The translations under genes and the position numbers were made by a program. DNA of 64,000 nt from Octopus vulgaris (taxonomy: Eukaryota). The stretch lies in the NCBI GenBank assembly GCA_951406725.2, contig OX597817.1, positions 121,148,001-121,212,000 of the forward strand. The letters are read 5' to 3'. Below the pieces are notes generated by a model. It worked only from the letters and a program-made list of their open reading frames with translations. It was not told the origin of the DNA and made no database searches. Below are positions 26,031 to 39,838 of the stretch, piece by piece. The first letter of the stretch is position 1; the number at the start of each line of letters is the position of its first letter.

Positions 26031-29000
26031 AGTGGTGAATTATATGGTGTAAGATATAATAATCTGGACATGCTGCATTCTCTTCATTGCCTCCACACTA
26101 GCTAGTAGTAGACCAAAGCCTACTACTAAAGATCAGCCTTATTCTCTCTCTAACGATGGAAGTGATTGTTAGTTCTCTCTTAAGATGGAATAAAATGCTA
26201 CTATATATACATAGTTTATTTTCATTTGAAGGGAAATACACCATATGCACATTTATTCTTGAAACAGCTGTAAGAGAGTATTTGCTCACCTTACTTTCTT
26301 TTTATCTGCTCTATTGTAACAACTCAGCAATTACATTTAAATACATAACTACTATAATCCAAACCGATGCCAATTGTTTGCCTGTTCATTCTTTCATTCT
26401 TCACTGTCCTGTGTATTTCTGTAAGCCCACAGATTTTGGTGTTAGTTGCCACAGAAATGAATAAAGTGATGATAGAGATATTAGTGTTATTGCTGCTGCG
26501 CAACATGCCAAATCTGCCTCTGATCAAACAATATGCTCTGATTAATCCTTTTGTTACCATATTTAAGTTGAAATACACTGTCATTGCTTAAATTAATATT
26601 GAAAATAATAGAAAAATAAAATAACAAATTAACATGAAATTTTGAGGGAAAGTTTTAATTTAGATCACTTAAAAACAAGGAATTTGTATTATAGAACCAA
26701 GCGGTATGTTGGTATCAAAAGGAACATTTCAGCTATGTGACCTCCTCATCTACTATCATTATTCAATTTGTTTTTACATTTTTTCTGACACTTGGGTGTG
26801 GTTTATTGGGCATTTAGCTAATGCAGTAATTTATCAAGTCAATCTACCAAATATGGTAAGGACGGGTATCACCTCCTTGCAGAAGAAATTATGCTGTCTT
26901 TCAATTTGAAATCACCCAATGAGAACGTTTTTAAAAATCTATAATAAAATGTGGTTTAAGCTTCAAGGCCAAAACAGCAATTTAATTATAAATAGCACGG
27001 CTAAGAATTTGTAACATTAAAGATTCACTATTTTTCTCATTAAAAATGCCAGTCCACAAGTTCCTCTGTACTTGTGATTCACTCTTGCTCTTTAAATATT
27101 TCTCACTCTCAACACAGAAACTCAAGAATTCCCTCAGTAACTAATACTCAGACTGATGTTTTTTAAAGTTCACAGAACAATCATGGTAAAGTTATTTCTA
27201 TTTTAAATGTTTCAACTTCATTTTCTTAAAAAAATTATCGTACTTAAGAATATCAATCAATTACTAAACAATTAATTACAAGATTTTCAATTAATGTTGG
27301 AAAAACAATTTTTTTTCCCTGTTTTACTTTCAGGCTAGCATGAGTAGAAAATGTTTTTAGAAGCATGGTTGCATGTTCTAACAACCAAGTACCCTTCCTA
27401 TTGCTAAATAATCATTTATAAAAGAGGAAAGAAGAGTTTGTTTTCTTAGACTGGTAAAATGAAGTACATACAAATCACTAGAAAACTGTTGTGGACAGCA
27501 TCAACAAGTATCAATCCAGCAAAAAGCAAACAACAAAATACACATGTATGCTGTTGCGTGGCAAAGAAATGTTTCCAATTAAAGGCTTTTGCTGAAAAAT
27601 GTTAGAGACATCCTCTCCTTAAGGTATGTTAACATGTTTTCATATTTTTGGTTTTTTCATGAAAGTGATACAAGCTGGACTAAGTGCACTGCTTACGGGC
27701 ACAACATGATGGTTTCAGTGAGGATTTGAATTCAATTAAATTAAATTCAGTGAAATTGCATAATTTGACAGATGCTTCACTGGCTGCTTGAAATGGCAAT
27801 AAAATTTCTGTCATGTTATAATTCTATTTTTATTTTGAATTTATTGATTTTTACTTTTTGTTTTTCGTTTTAATATTTTTAATATTTATTTACAAATGGA
27901 GAAATTACAAGCTTCTTCAAATTTTCTGTCAGCTATATGAAAAGACCTTAATTACTATATGGGTGCAGGAATGGCTGTTGTGAAAGTTTGCTCCATAATC
28001 AAATAGTTCCAAGTTCAACATCACTTCATACTGTATGTTTTTTGTCATTGGCCTCACCTTACTGCAGCAATATAAGACAAATTTGGGTAGACAGAAAGTG
28101 TGTGGAAGCCTCTCACCTAGAAAGTATGTGCTATTGTGTAATGGGCTTAATTGGTTGCTGAGATTAACTCCATATTAACTCTTTTTTAATTTGCTAGGTT
28201 TGAGGAAAGAGGCAGTGTCCATCACCTCACTGACTCTTCGAGACTGGTCAGTTTATGCCATTAATTTTCTGCTTTATCTGTTGCAATTTGACAGCAATAT
28301 GGAAAAACTTAAGCATGGATTGAATTCTAGAGAACCAACATTCTAGGAGGAAGGCCATGTGTAGCGGATACTGTGGGGCTTATATAGTAGATATGAAAAG
28401 AAGAGAGACAAGTGGCTCAGGAGCACCAGGGGAGATGTGACACAAGACCAAGAGCAGAGGCCAATATCTTAGTGGTGGGTCCTTTTAATAGACTTTATTC
28501 TGTTGCTGGTTTTCTCACCAAGTTTGAGGATAAGATAACCCAATTGCTTATGGAATACTCTTCCAACCTGTGGATCCTGGTTTCTTCCTAACTCATCCTA
28601 ACTAAAGCCAGGGACTCTGCAATAGGTTATTTATACTGCTCTTTCTTTTCTGACAAACCCATATACAAATACTTCCATTATTAGGAAACCATTTAGCTTA
28701 ATGAAGCAATTTTGGTCTTCAACCTCATTTTAACAATCTCACTTGCTTATGTATCAAATTAGAAGCATAATTAGTCAGTTTTGTATGTAGCTACATAGAC
28801 AATACATACTTGGCATATGTAATTATATACAAGAAGATAATTACCGTAAATATATCACTGCATCAAATAAATTTACCTTTGAAAATGTTGTCTTTGGCTA
28901 CTAATACCTAAATTTTTAAACTGCATATATTACATGTATACAGGTGCATGCATACTCACATACCCACCTGCATGTGTGGGAATATACATTCACACACATA

Positions 29001-30984
29001 CACAGAAATTTACATGTGAATTTTGTGTATGTCATTTTCATTCAACTGGGAATGGCTATTTATTTGATAGAAATAGCAGTTATAATATATATTACACACC
29101 TGGTTTTGATACTTAATGTTCATTTCTTCTGAAACTTAGCATTTTAATAAAATTCACACTCTACTTATACATGTAGATTGTATAGCAAAATAAAAGGATT
29201 CTAATATAAAATGCAACAGTTATGACAAATTTTTATCATATTTAAACAATATTCAAGACTAGAACTCTTACAAAATTGTCTCTATAATCATGCAATGTGC
29301 ACACTATAGCTGCTAAATCTTCATTAATATACTCCTGCGGTTTTAAATGAAAAACCACATATTTCACTATTCAAATTTTAAGACTGCTACCTCATTAAAA
29401 ATGATGATGTTGACAGCTAAAATAGCAATGAAGTTCAACAAGTCACATTAATAAATCTTCTAGGTGCTGCTTAAACAAAGCTTCAACTAACAACATTTTC
29501 TCACTTCACACACTACTGTCTTAAAGTATAGCCTACCCTCGAAAAAATGTATACAATAATTCAGTGTTACATTTACTAAAATGAAATAAAGATGTAATAG
29601 TTAGATCTGTATCACCTTTGATTATGGGACTATTTGATCAAGGTAGTCATGAGGTAAAATAAGAATGATGACTAACAATTGACTATGCCTGTATCATAGT
29701 AGAGATTAGCTTAAGGAAAGATCAGTGTTGGTGTACTTAATGTAGTAAACCAAGATGCTTTAATTAATAAATAAATAAATACACTGGTTGGATTAAGGAT
29801 CAATTATGGTCAAGAAAGGCAGGAGACATAACACCAAAATTTGAATTAATCAAAATATCAAAGTTAATTAAACAATATTTCAGAGTTGTATTTGACTGCC
29901 GAATGACTTAATCTGAGACTGTGTGTAGAAATTGAAGCAACATGGGAAAAGAGCCATTTTAACCATTTAAGAACTCATAAAAAGCTATTACATTAACTTT
30001 ACATTTATTTATTGAGGTATCAACACTTTTGTCATACCATTATACCAGTAAACAAGTAACAGTGGTATGACAAGAAGTTTGACATATACAGAAAAGATTT
30101 TGTGTATTTTTAGATAGCTTAAATAGATTTTCCACGATGTAATTACTTGTTAAAAGAGAATGTGGACCATGCATTAAAGAGTGTGTCTCACCTGTAGTAG
30201 AATGATATTTCCAGGCATGTCTGAATCTTATTAGATCTCCTCAGCAAAGAACAGTCTTTACTGACTCTACCAGACAAAGATTACTTTATAAGATATAGAG
30301 ATTGTTGTGAATAAATGCGGAGTGTCATGATAATTTAAGATAAGAACTAGGAAAATATTTGCTACATTCTGATAATATGGATAGGAATAGGAGCTTGAAT
30401 GTAGAAAATAGATTACAGACTAAAGCACCCCATCTAATTGATATATTAATCACTGGAACCTATTTCACCAACTTACAAAGTGACAAAGTTTAATTAACCT
30501 TGAGAAAAATTGAATATTGCAAACTCATTAAGAACAAATTAACGCTTGAAATATGATACATCTTCAATATAGAATTTCCATCATGTTTAAACATCTGTGG
30601 AGCAGAATGAAATCTTACAATAAATATGGAAATGTAAGATGCTGGATGCTAATTTCTAATTAAATTCTTATCATGTTCACTTTCTAATAATTATTTCCAT
30701 TCAATTAACATTTCTCAAAGATTTATTAAATCTGCTGTAGGACATCAAATGTGATCAGTGAACTTGACTTGTCATTAAAAACATGTCACTTGGTAGACAA
30801 TTCTGATAGTGGGATAGGAATCAGTAAAATTGAATTAAGGTTAATATTGATAAAATAATAGTTGCCATTGTTGTCGAATTGCCATGAACAAATTTTCTTG
30901 TGCGGACCTATTATAAAAAAATAGTTCACCAAATATTTAGAAGCAATTCATCATATGTTGTCATCATCATCATCACTGCCATCA

Positions 30985-31200
30985 TCATCATCATCATTTA
31001 ACGTCAGTTTTCAATGCTGGCATGAGTCAGATGGTTTAACTGAAAACTGGTGTACTGAGGAGCTGCACTAGGTTCCGATCTGATTTGGCAAGGTTTGTAT
31101 GGCTGGGTGGCCTTCCTAACTCCAACCATTCTGAGAGTGTAGTGGGTGTTTTCTTACGTGCCAGTGACACAAGTACTATTGATCTGACACCAACATTGGC
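30985..31200 (-). mobile_element. SINE family C
   Basis: (CAT)n-ttaacgtc...ccttcctaactccaacc. Confidence 0.75.
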
Positions 31201-31747
31201 CAACATTTTGTGTTCCAAAATTAAAATTTGAATAGTACTTCAGACAGTTTGTGTTTCCAGCTTGAGATTGATAGGATAGATTTATATTGCAATGTAGTTA
31301 GTTTACCTCCATTTTAATTTTGCAGTTTACCTCTATTTAAAAATTAAATATTTCTCTGATTAAAATATACTTATATTCTTGTAGCAGTGCATAATAGAAA
31401 CTAAGTGTATTTCATTATTATAGAATTTTTGACTTTCTTCTTAAAATTTTTCTTTCAGTTATGAAATTAATTACACCACTTTGCTTCCATTTTACTGACA
31501 TCCTACTGAATTTACCATCCATTATTCTTGTTAGATATATACATTAACTTCTCTCATAAGCTCAAGCTAAAAGATAATTGTCAACCATATCGGTTGTAGT
31601 AGTTAGCAGGTAATTATTCATTTAAGTTTCAGAAAGATGAAGGATAAAGTTAGCCTCAACAGGATTTGAACTTAGAATATAAAATACTATAACTAAACAT
31701 CAAAGACATGTTTGTCTGGCTGGTACTCTAGTAATTTTGCTGATTGT

Positions 31748-31800
<53 letters not shown>

Positions 31801-31801
<1 letters not shown>

Positions 31802-31976
31802 TCTTTAACTCTTTTACATGTTTCAGTCGAGCAATTCGACCCCAGGACTTATTCTTCGGAAGCGTAGTACTTATTATATCAGTCTTTTTTGCCAAACCGC
31901 TAAGTTATGGGGACATAAACACACCAGCATCGGTGGTCAAGCAATGTTGGGGGGACAAACACAGACACTCAAACAT

Positions 31977-32009
<33 letters not shown>

Positions 32010-32569
32010 GGTGAGAAAGTTGGTGTGTGAAAGCACGTGGTTGGATGTATAAAAAATAGAAAAGAGTGAAAAAAACTACAGAAGGCTTGTTTTATAAGGT
32101 TAAAGAATATATTTAAATCGTTATGTTAGAAAAATGTTAGAAAATTTTGTGTATAGTAACATAATTTTTGGAAAAAATAACCGGTTTCGTGTAAACTTTT
32201 CAAATTTCTCAAATTTCTTTACCTACATCATGTCATGTCTTCGTTATGAAGTCTAAAGAAGAGTTCCAGGCAGGGGGAGGTAATCAGGGATTTCTTCCGG
32301 TATAGGGGAGACAATCGCTTTATATTTTTTTCCTTTTTTTTCAATGAGATGAGTTTCTCTGCATGGAACTCTTCTTTACACTTTATAACGAAGACATGAC
32401 ACGATGTAGGTAAAGAAATTTGAGAAATTTGAAAAGTTTACACGAAACCGGTTATTTCTCCAAAAACTATGTTACTATACACAAAATTTTTCTAACATAA
32501 CAACTTAAATATATTCTTTAACCTTATAAAACAAGCCTTCTGTATTTTTTTTTTCACTTTTTCTATTTT

Positions 32570-32612
<43 letters not shown>

Positions 32613-32900
32613 TACGACTGGCTTCTTTCAGTTTCCATCTACCAAATCCACTCACAAGGCTTTGGTTGGCCCGAGGCTATAGTAGAAGACACTTGCCCAA
32701 GGTGCCCTGCAGGGGGAATGAACCCAGAACCTTGTAGTTAGTAAGCGAGCTACTTACCACACAGCCACTCCTGCACCTATATATATATATATATATATAT
32801 ACCACACAGCCACTCCTGCACCTATATATATATATATATATATATACCACACAGCCACTCCTGCACCTATATATATATACCACACAGCCACTCCTGTGCA
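31801..32900 (-). mobile_element. SINE family A interrupted by a ~565-bp palindromic insert; head tandemly amplified
   Basis: Tail half 31801-32009, head half ~32610-32780, then three extra copies of the 24-bp head end. Confidence 0.9.
32045..32575. repeat. Large inverted repeat, ~220-230-bp arms, ~85-bp spacer
   Basis: 32045-32273 is the near reverse complement of 32359-32575; each arm carries cgaaaccggtta. Confidence 0.92.
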
Positions 32901-33743
32901 TATATATATATGGTAACAGAAATGAAAATAGAAAATGCTTTCATATTCTTAAGGTTTTTGCTCTAATAATTAAAAACAAAAAGAAGAAATAACAGAAAAA
33001 AATTCAGAGAAACTCTCTAATAATAAATACGTAAAACATAGCATCACAAACAAACAAAACCCTCATGAAATATTCAGAGCAAAATGTTGTATCATATTGT
33101 TTTCATCGTCTGCCAAAATAACTCCTTTCAATATTCTTGACAAAGCTACTCTCATCAATATTAGTTGTTACCTGGACAACAGAGCACAGCTGAAATCTGT
33201 GAACCCCGCCTTCTATTTCCTTTACTTTCGGCCTTATTATCAGATCTTTCCGTCAATGTGAACCACTACAAACATGTTCAACAATTTCTCCTAACCCTTC
33301 CTTAGTCTCATTTTTGTTTTCATTTTATCCACCATCCTTCTTTTTTCTTTTCTCCTCCACTGCCATACTTGGATTCATATAGCTAGGCTAACCTTTTGAG
33401 ACCTTTTGTGGCACATCTTCGTGCAAATGCTGGCTGGTAGAACAATGGAACAAGAGAGCAATGGAATAATGGTCTGAGTGACAGCAAAGTGTATCTCCAC
33501 CCCCTGGCAATAATAAAATCAAGAGATTCGGTAAATAAACAAATGAATAAATAAATAAGTAAATAAAAGGAGGAGAAAATTAAAGGCTTTTCAAAAAGCA
33601 CTTGCTATAAATCTTTTATACAGTTACAAGCTGTTCAGAGAAGAAAAAAGAATAAAGAGAGAAACAAATAGCAAGATATTCAAAAGATAAAAATGGAAGA
33701 AAAGAAGCAAAAGAAATTGCAAGGGATACATAGAGCAGCAATA

Positions 33744-33784
<41 letters not shown>

Positions 33785-34314
33785 CATGTGTGAGTATGTG
33801 TGTGTATATATATATATATACATACATGTGTGTGTGTGTGTGAATGAATGTGTGTATGGGTGTGTGAGTGTGTATGAGGTGTATGCATGCATGTAAGTAT
33901 GCACATGCATACACACACTCACATACACATGTGCACATATACAAAAGAAGGAATGTATATAAATAATATATTTATATATTTTAATTTGTATGCTCTGTTT
34001 TATTTTCATATGTTATCAATTCCATATTGATATGTGTATGTGTGTTTGTGTGTGTATTTGTATGTGTGTTTGTGTGTGGAGAGTGAGAGAGATAAATAGG
34101 AAGTGGATAGATTGTGATGGAGTTGGCATTCTGTGTACTAGAATGACAAAAGAATGAAATGAGAGAACTCACAATGAAGAGAAAGAGTGGCTAACTATAA
34201 CCCACAAAATAAAAATTTGAAAAGTGAGCAAAAGCTTGTAAAAAAACCCTAGACAACCATACTGAAATTACAGCACTTATTTGCTTTTTTTTACTCTTTC
34301 AGAAATATTGAAGT

Positions 34315-34559
34315 TTAGCATCCTAAATTCCATTTGCAAATATCACAAAAAGATGCTTGTGTAACCTGTTTTGATGGTGTCAAGCAGACAACTGAAGCAT
34401 AGTTCCTCTAACATTAACCCTGATCATAATTTGAGGACCATCTTTGATTTTAAAGGAAGATTCTTCACCTCAGCATCATGTCTAATGAGAGTTTGTCTAG
34501 CTTCTTAAATATCTTTGCCTGGAAACTAGATAGCACATAATATTAATTTAGGATGCTAA
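34315..34559. mobile_element. 245-bp element bounded by perfect 15-bp inverted repeats
   Basis: ttagcatcctaaatt (34315-34329) / aatttaggatgctaa (34545-34559); inner imperfect pairing aagcagacaact / agtttgtctagctt. Confidence 0.5.
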
Positions 34560-34924
34560 TCTCTGAGATCTCCCTCCATCACATCTCTAACCTATACCCA
34601 GGGGCAATTACTGCCACTTTAAAGCCAGAGCATCTAATTTGACAACTCAAAACAATATAATAACTTTACAGCTCATAATAATAATACGACACCTACAGCA
34701 TATCTGTATGATTTTATGCACTTTTCAAGTTATTAGTCATAAAAATTAAAGATATTAAAACTGAATGTTAGTTGTCCATCATGCATTGAATGCCTGATAT
34801 TCATGGAGAGAACACCTATCCTATATCTGTTAGTGTAGGAAATGAATAAAAGCCCAAAATTTATTATGTTTATGTTTATGTTTTGCAAGATTCCTAATGT
34901 GAAATCCTGTATTGAAACTGATAG

Positions 34925-35286
34925 TGTTATATTTTGGGATGGTAATTTTTTTTTTTTGGCTTTTTATAATTAACCACATGCACTATATACTCATTCTTCA
35001 CCTCAGCTTTATCATTATTCATATTTTAGTGTCCTTTGTCTGAAACCTTCTGTCACACATCCTGCGACCTCTTCAGCAACCCTCCATCCCATGTGTCCAG
35101 TTTCGATTAAATAGGACAAGGGGAGACATGTGGGATGGAGAGTCACTGAAGAGGTCACAGGATGTGTGATAAATGATTTCAGACAAAGGACACTAAAATG
35201 AGGAAAATAATAAAACTGAGCTGAAGAGCATGTGGTTATTTGCCAAAAAAAAAAAAGAGAAAAAATGACCATCCCAAAATATAACA
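34925..35286. repeat. ~360-bp imperfect palindrome with a degenerate hammerhead motif in each arm
   Basis: tgttatattttgggatggt / accatcccaaaatataaca ends; attttagtgtcctttgtctgaaa / tttcagacaaaggacactaaaat; CTGAAGA-ggtcac-aggatgt-gtga at 35146(+) and its mirror at 35076(-). Confidence 0.85.
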
Positions 35287-35992
35287 ATACCAAAACTTAC
35301 TGGTTATCATTTAAGGGTAGTTATTATTAAGAAGATGGAGGTAGTCATAGTAAGTCCATTATTCACAGTAAGGTTACAGTAATGTTATAAGCAGAAGTTG
35401 ATTATTGCAGCAGTGAAGATAATCAGTAGTTTTGAATACATTATGCCTGTAAAACAAAAAATGATGGAAAAAATTTGATCATAGGTGTTTGGATTTGTGT
35501 TGACCTGGTACTGAATGGCAACAAAATCAAATATGGTGCTGGGTTTCTTTTAGTTCATTTATGCGAAAACTTTGGCATACATAGATATATGAATTATTTT
35601 TATCAAGGAATGATAATAAATAACAGATTATGTAGAGATTTTCTCATTGGCTTGTGTTGGATTTTGTTTTTAGTAGAGAATGCTTTTGTTAATGTTGTTA
35701 ACACAGGAATTGTGTTTTCTGCTAACAGGTACATAATCAAGAAACAAGTGTCTTCATATTTAATTAGTTAAAAAAATAATATTGAATTTTATAGATAATA
35801 TTCAACTGAAAATTTTTAATAATTTTTTTACGAGAAATTATTAAGTCTTATCTTGCAGAAAATATTAAATTAAGCAAAAGGAAACTGTTTTTGAAATAAA
35901 AAAAATATTAGGAAAGAAATTCTTATCTACAAATGAAAAGCTAATTTTTGAAATATTGGTGGAATTCAAAGGTAAGTTACACTGATAATCTG

Positions 35993-36225
35993 AAGGCGGT
36001 GAGCTGGCAGAAACGTTAGCAGGCCAGGCGAAATGCGTAGCCGTATTTCGTCTGTTGTTACGTTGTGAGTTCAAATTCTGCCAAGGTCAACTTTGCCTTT
36101 CATCCTTTCGAGGTCGATAAATAAAGTACCAGTTATGCACTGGGGTCGATGTAATCGACTTAATCCCTTTGTCTGTCCTTGTTTGTCCCCTCTATGTTTA
36201 GCCCCTTGTGGGCAATAAAGAAATA
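35993..36225 (+). mobile_element. SINE family B, well-preserved copy
   Basis: Closely similar to 51823-52055. Confidence 0.9.
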
Positions 36226-37519
36226 TATTATACACTTTTCTGTAATTGTAGTTTTTCTAAGGGTTTGAAAACTCCCTACTACACAGAATACTGATAATGA
36301 CTGACTGTGAGGAAAGTTCTGGTGAGGAAATGGTCCAATTCTCTTTGAGAAGTCACTGTCAAGGTTTACCTAATGATATGGGGAGAATTTTAGCTATGCC
36401 AGCTTATGCAGCAAATGAAAGGAATCAAATAATTTGTCACATTTTATCTCATTTGCTCTTTAGCCATGAGAAAAATTAATAAATTTCTCAGTCTACAAGA
36501 AATTAATATTTAACCTTGTTGGATAATAAGATATTATGAATCTAGCTCAGAAGAAAATATTTTCTGTCTCTTCATAGCTGGCAGCTAGGTAATCAAACTT
36601 AATATTATCAAATTTCTACTTAAAAATTCTAAAATATTAACTCATTGGTGCTAAATAATCAACTATCTGCCAAGATTCAATTCAATTTACAATTTTAACC
36701 ATATGTAGCCTAATTGTCTATTCTTTCCTTTGGTAAACATATTGAATAGCTAGTCTTATTTTACTTATTGTTGTGGTACTACTGTACATCATGGGCCCCA
36801 TCAATTTATTTTTCATTATTGATTAATCAAGTTCATTAAGGATTGAAATATGAAGATGCTTGCTGTCTTGATTGTACACTTTTTAATGGATGATAGACAG
36901 CTTACATTAGCAAAAAGCACTCTTCACAAAACCAATAAGTAAACAAGTGTCAACACAGGAATTTCTGTGTGATTGCTCTTTATTTAATGATCCTTCATAA
37001 CAATTATAGTCATCTATTTTTTTTTTTTCATAGTGTTATATAAAATAACTTACATATGATCAATAGAAAATCCAACAATATATTAGATTTGGTCGTTGTT
37101 TAGTACCATGTTGACACTGATCTAGAAAATGTATGATCAAAGTTATTCCAGACACACCTTCCTTGTTTTGTTCTTAAGACACTAATCTATCTAGAACTAC
37201 ATTACTATACAGTGTTCTTCCACATTTCTGAAGGTTGTAGTGTGTGACTTCAGGGGGGAGGGGCTGCCATTTCTTGCAAAATGAGTGACCATAAAGAAGG
37301 AAGTTTTTCTTCTTGGATTTTTCTTTTAGTCAGAATTGCTTCTATTAGCATTGACATGGTACCTTTAAGAGGTATAAAATCAAGAAGCAAGAGTCATTGT
37401 CTTTCTGTGTTTCAAGACCGAAAGTGTTTTGTAATGAAAGTATATAGATGGGATTAATGTTGTACAGTTTGTACCATACCAAAATTATATATATATATAT
37501 ATATATATAAATATATCTT

Positions 37520-37742
37520 TTATCATTTACTTGTTTCAATCGTTAGACTGTGGCCATGCTGTGGCACCGCCTTGAAGAATTTTTAGTCAAATGAATCGAC
37601 CCCAGTACTTTTGTTTTTAAAGCTTGGTATTTATTCTGTTGATCTCTCTTGCCAAACTGCTAAGTTATGGAGATGTAAACACGCTGACATTGGTTGTGAA
37701 ATGGTGATGGGGGACAAACATATACAAAGACACACACACATG

Positions 37743-37774
<32 letters not shown>

Positions 37775-37855
37775 CACACACACATGCATGCACATATATT
37801 TATACACACACATATGCATGCACATATATATATATATACACACACATGCATGCAC

Positions 37856-37886
<31 letters not shown>

Positions 37887-38025
37887 CACGCATGCACATA
37901 TACACTCACAAAGCTTTGGCCTAGGCCTATAATAGAAGACACTTGCCCAAGGTGCCATGCAGTGGGACTGAACCTGGAACCATGTGGTTGGGAAGCAAGC
38001 TTCTTGCCACACAGTCATACTTGTG
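37520..38025 (-). mobile_element. SINE family A with expanded internal microsatellite
   Basis: Head and tail motifs; a further degenerate head follows at ~38045-38185. Confidence 0.88.
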
Positions 38026-39073
38026 TACATACAACATACTTCTTTGAATTTCTGTCTGCTAAATCTACTCACAAAAGCTTTAGTTAACCTCATGCTATAG
38101 TAGAAAATACATTTTTGAGTTGCTGCACTGTGGGACTGAATCTGAAATGATTGCTAAGCAAACTTCTAAACTACACTATACCTGAACCTGATAGGAAACA
38201 TGTAACAAATTTGTAACAAGGATTTCACAAGAACACAGCTAAAATTGTATCCCAGGACTAGTCTTTCTCTTCAGGGCCAGAAAATATATTAGCTTCCATT
38301 AGTTGCTGACTCTATAGTTGCTGCTCTCCAAGATGCAGGAAGTTTTGAAGAACCAAGGGAATGTTGAACCAAGGGGGCAAAAATGGGGTACCCAAGTGGT
38401 GGGTGGTGGATGTAAAAACAACAAAATAATGGATTAATAAGGTTAACTTTTATTTGTGAAATATATTTGTTTTGAATTTGCTTCAGAAAGTGGTCTGTGT
38501 TTGTAATGGTGAGTGAGAGGAGGGACTAGGAATGTGGTCTGGGAGCCTAGTGGGTAGCAGTTTGAAAATGTTTGGGAATCACTGATGTAAAGTATAACAC
38601 AGACATTTGGTGCAGCTAATTCTATTTACTTTAGTCATGGTGCTCTATGCAGTGCATTGTCTGCATTCTTGATAACTATATTTTACGACTTCAGAAAATA
38701 CAAATTTATTATTGTATGCAAATATAACACTCTATGTGCTTAATTCGTAATTCATAAAAAAAAAAAAAAAATCACTTGAAATTTTATGAGGGTGAAAGAA
38801 AGTCTATTTCTTATATTTTTATTTGTTGAATTTTTTTTTTTTCATTTTTATATCTCAATATTTGAGATACTGTTGATGATAAAAATAGATGTGCTTCAAA
38901 TCATAATTTATTATCATTATTTGCTGTATCTCATTCTTCCCTTTCTACCTTACTTTTTCCACTCACCTCTCCACTATTTCCTATGTTTCTGTCAAAACTC
39001 TACTGTGTTAAACATTTTGATGACTATTACACTTTGGAACACACTGCTATGTGTTTATATTTGTTTATTATTA

Positions 39074-39107
<34 letters not shown>

Positions 39108-39604
39108 CATTATTATTTATGAAAAGCTATAAGCTCCAGCACACACATAGCTTCACATGTAACTTCAGTTGTTTTCACACTGGTCTTCACTACCGATTAG
39201 TTTTAATTTATTGGGAAGGTAGTGGAATGTGTCAATTATTTTGTCTGCTGTTTGTTTCTCAGCATCATTATATGGGTATTTTGAATTGTAAGTGGGTATG
39301 TGTGTGTGTGTGTGTGTATGTGAAACAGTATATGAATGTGTATGTGTGCATGTGTGTCTGTGTGTGAGTGAGTTTGTGTGTTTTTGTGCACATGCACTCA
39401 CTATTAAATGAAGGCACTAATTGGTTTAATTATATTTAAAGCCTACCTTTTCAACGAAATTCATAACACATAATGTGTTATTTATATTATTCTCTCCTTT
39501 CCCTACTAAATGTGAGTAACGAGGCAGCTCTACTATAAGAATTTACTCTGCTCTGCTCCTCATACCCTTCTTCCACCAACATAAAACTGACCACCCTCTT
39601 AGGG

Positions 39605-39838
39605 TTCGTAGTCTTGCAGGCTGTATGGTAACCTCACTGGTGCTGGTGCAAGAAAGCAAAAGCACCCAGTACACTCTGTAAAATGGTTGGTGTTAAGAAG
39701 GGCATTCAGCCATAGAAGCAATGCCAAATCAGACACTGGAGTATGATGCAGGCCTTAGATGCATTGGATCCTGTCAAAATGCCTAACCAATACCTGTATA
39801 GAACATGGATGTTAAATGATGATGATGATGATGATGAT
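39605..39838 (+). mobile_element. SINE family C
   Basis: ggttggtgttaagaagggcattcagc...gttaaatgatgatg. Confidence 0.75.

Noticed and set aside
28190-28265. FEERGSV resembling a Tc1/mariner N-terminal motif
   Set aside because: Too short, with no further transposase motifs or TIRs nearby
32756-32900. CRISPR-like repeat-spacer pattern
   Set aside because: Spacers are pure (TA)n, the repeat is a SINE end, the context is eukaryotic and no cas genes are present
38786-39367. Longest ORF (193 aa), hydrophobic
   Set aside because: T-rich low complexity plus (TTA)n and (TG)n tracts explain it
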